DNA from: Candidatus Zixiibacteriota bacterium | GTDB lineage: Bacteria; Zixibacteria; MSB-5A5; GN15; FEB-12 | DNA length: 25,631 nt | Reading direction: 5' to 3' | Assembly (NCBI GenBank): GCA_041742355.1 | Contig: JBGSIV010000001.1 | Location: 1 to 25,631, forward strand | In this document: positions 25,401 through 25,631 of the stretch, piece by piece | Numbering within the stretch: the stretch's first letter is position 1 | Layout: every line of letters begins with the position of its first letter | The notes under the pieces: model-generated | The model's input: only the letters and a program-made list of their open reading frames with translations | Told to the model about the DNA's origin: nothing | Databases searched by the model: none | Program-made: the position numbers and the translations under genes

Positions 25401-25631
25401 GCTGAACCTCTCGGAACGTCGTGCGTTGACCGCATCCCCTCCTGAATCAGGTGCCCCACCGCTTGGGGAGTGTTGAAAAAGTCTATGACTAGTCATTGCG
25501 GGCATAATGCTCAAAATGTGTTGATGATTTCCCTGTAATGAGTTCTTACTCTTGGAGTTTTGAGGGATAAGTCTGAGGAGTCTCAGAGTATGGGTCAAAA
25601 AGGTTTTGTCGGTGTTGTGGAGCGTACGGTG

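Noticed and set aside
25397..25445. 12-codon uORF (MRSTHDVPRGSA) whose TGA overlaps the ATG of the large gene
   Set aside because: AGGAGG is only 2 nt from its ATG and nothing else supports translation.

Overview
GC-rich bacterial chromosomal segment. The gene types (PorV-like, FadL-like, PEGA and FN3 envelope proteins, plus a large secreted protein with a YPNP-type C-terminal domain) suggest an FCB-group diderm such as Zixibacteria; this is inference only. About 23 CDS and 2 tRNAs (Arg-CCT, Pro-CGG) are present, all on the minus strand except a two-gene plus-strand pair (membrane acyltransferase-like and ASCH). The left half is envelope-related: GT9, uppP, two tandem paralogous beta-barrel-like proteins, an SbcD/Mre11 nuclease with no adjacent SbcC, an NtrC-family activator, a membrane protein, an FN3 lipoprotein, a PEGA protein, a priming sugar transferase and a PorV-like protein. 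Two correctly spaced sigma54 -24/-12 motifs lie in this block. The middle holds DUF4870, GH57, TPR, FadL-like, apt, acylphosphatase, LOG-family, surE and DinB genes. Three intergenic regions in the right third are dense with REP-like palindromes. Two unrelated palindrome families there share one unusual layout: several tandem copies of the left arm only, ending in one complete hairpin. No transposase, RAYT, integrase or CRISPR array was found.
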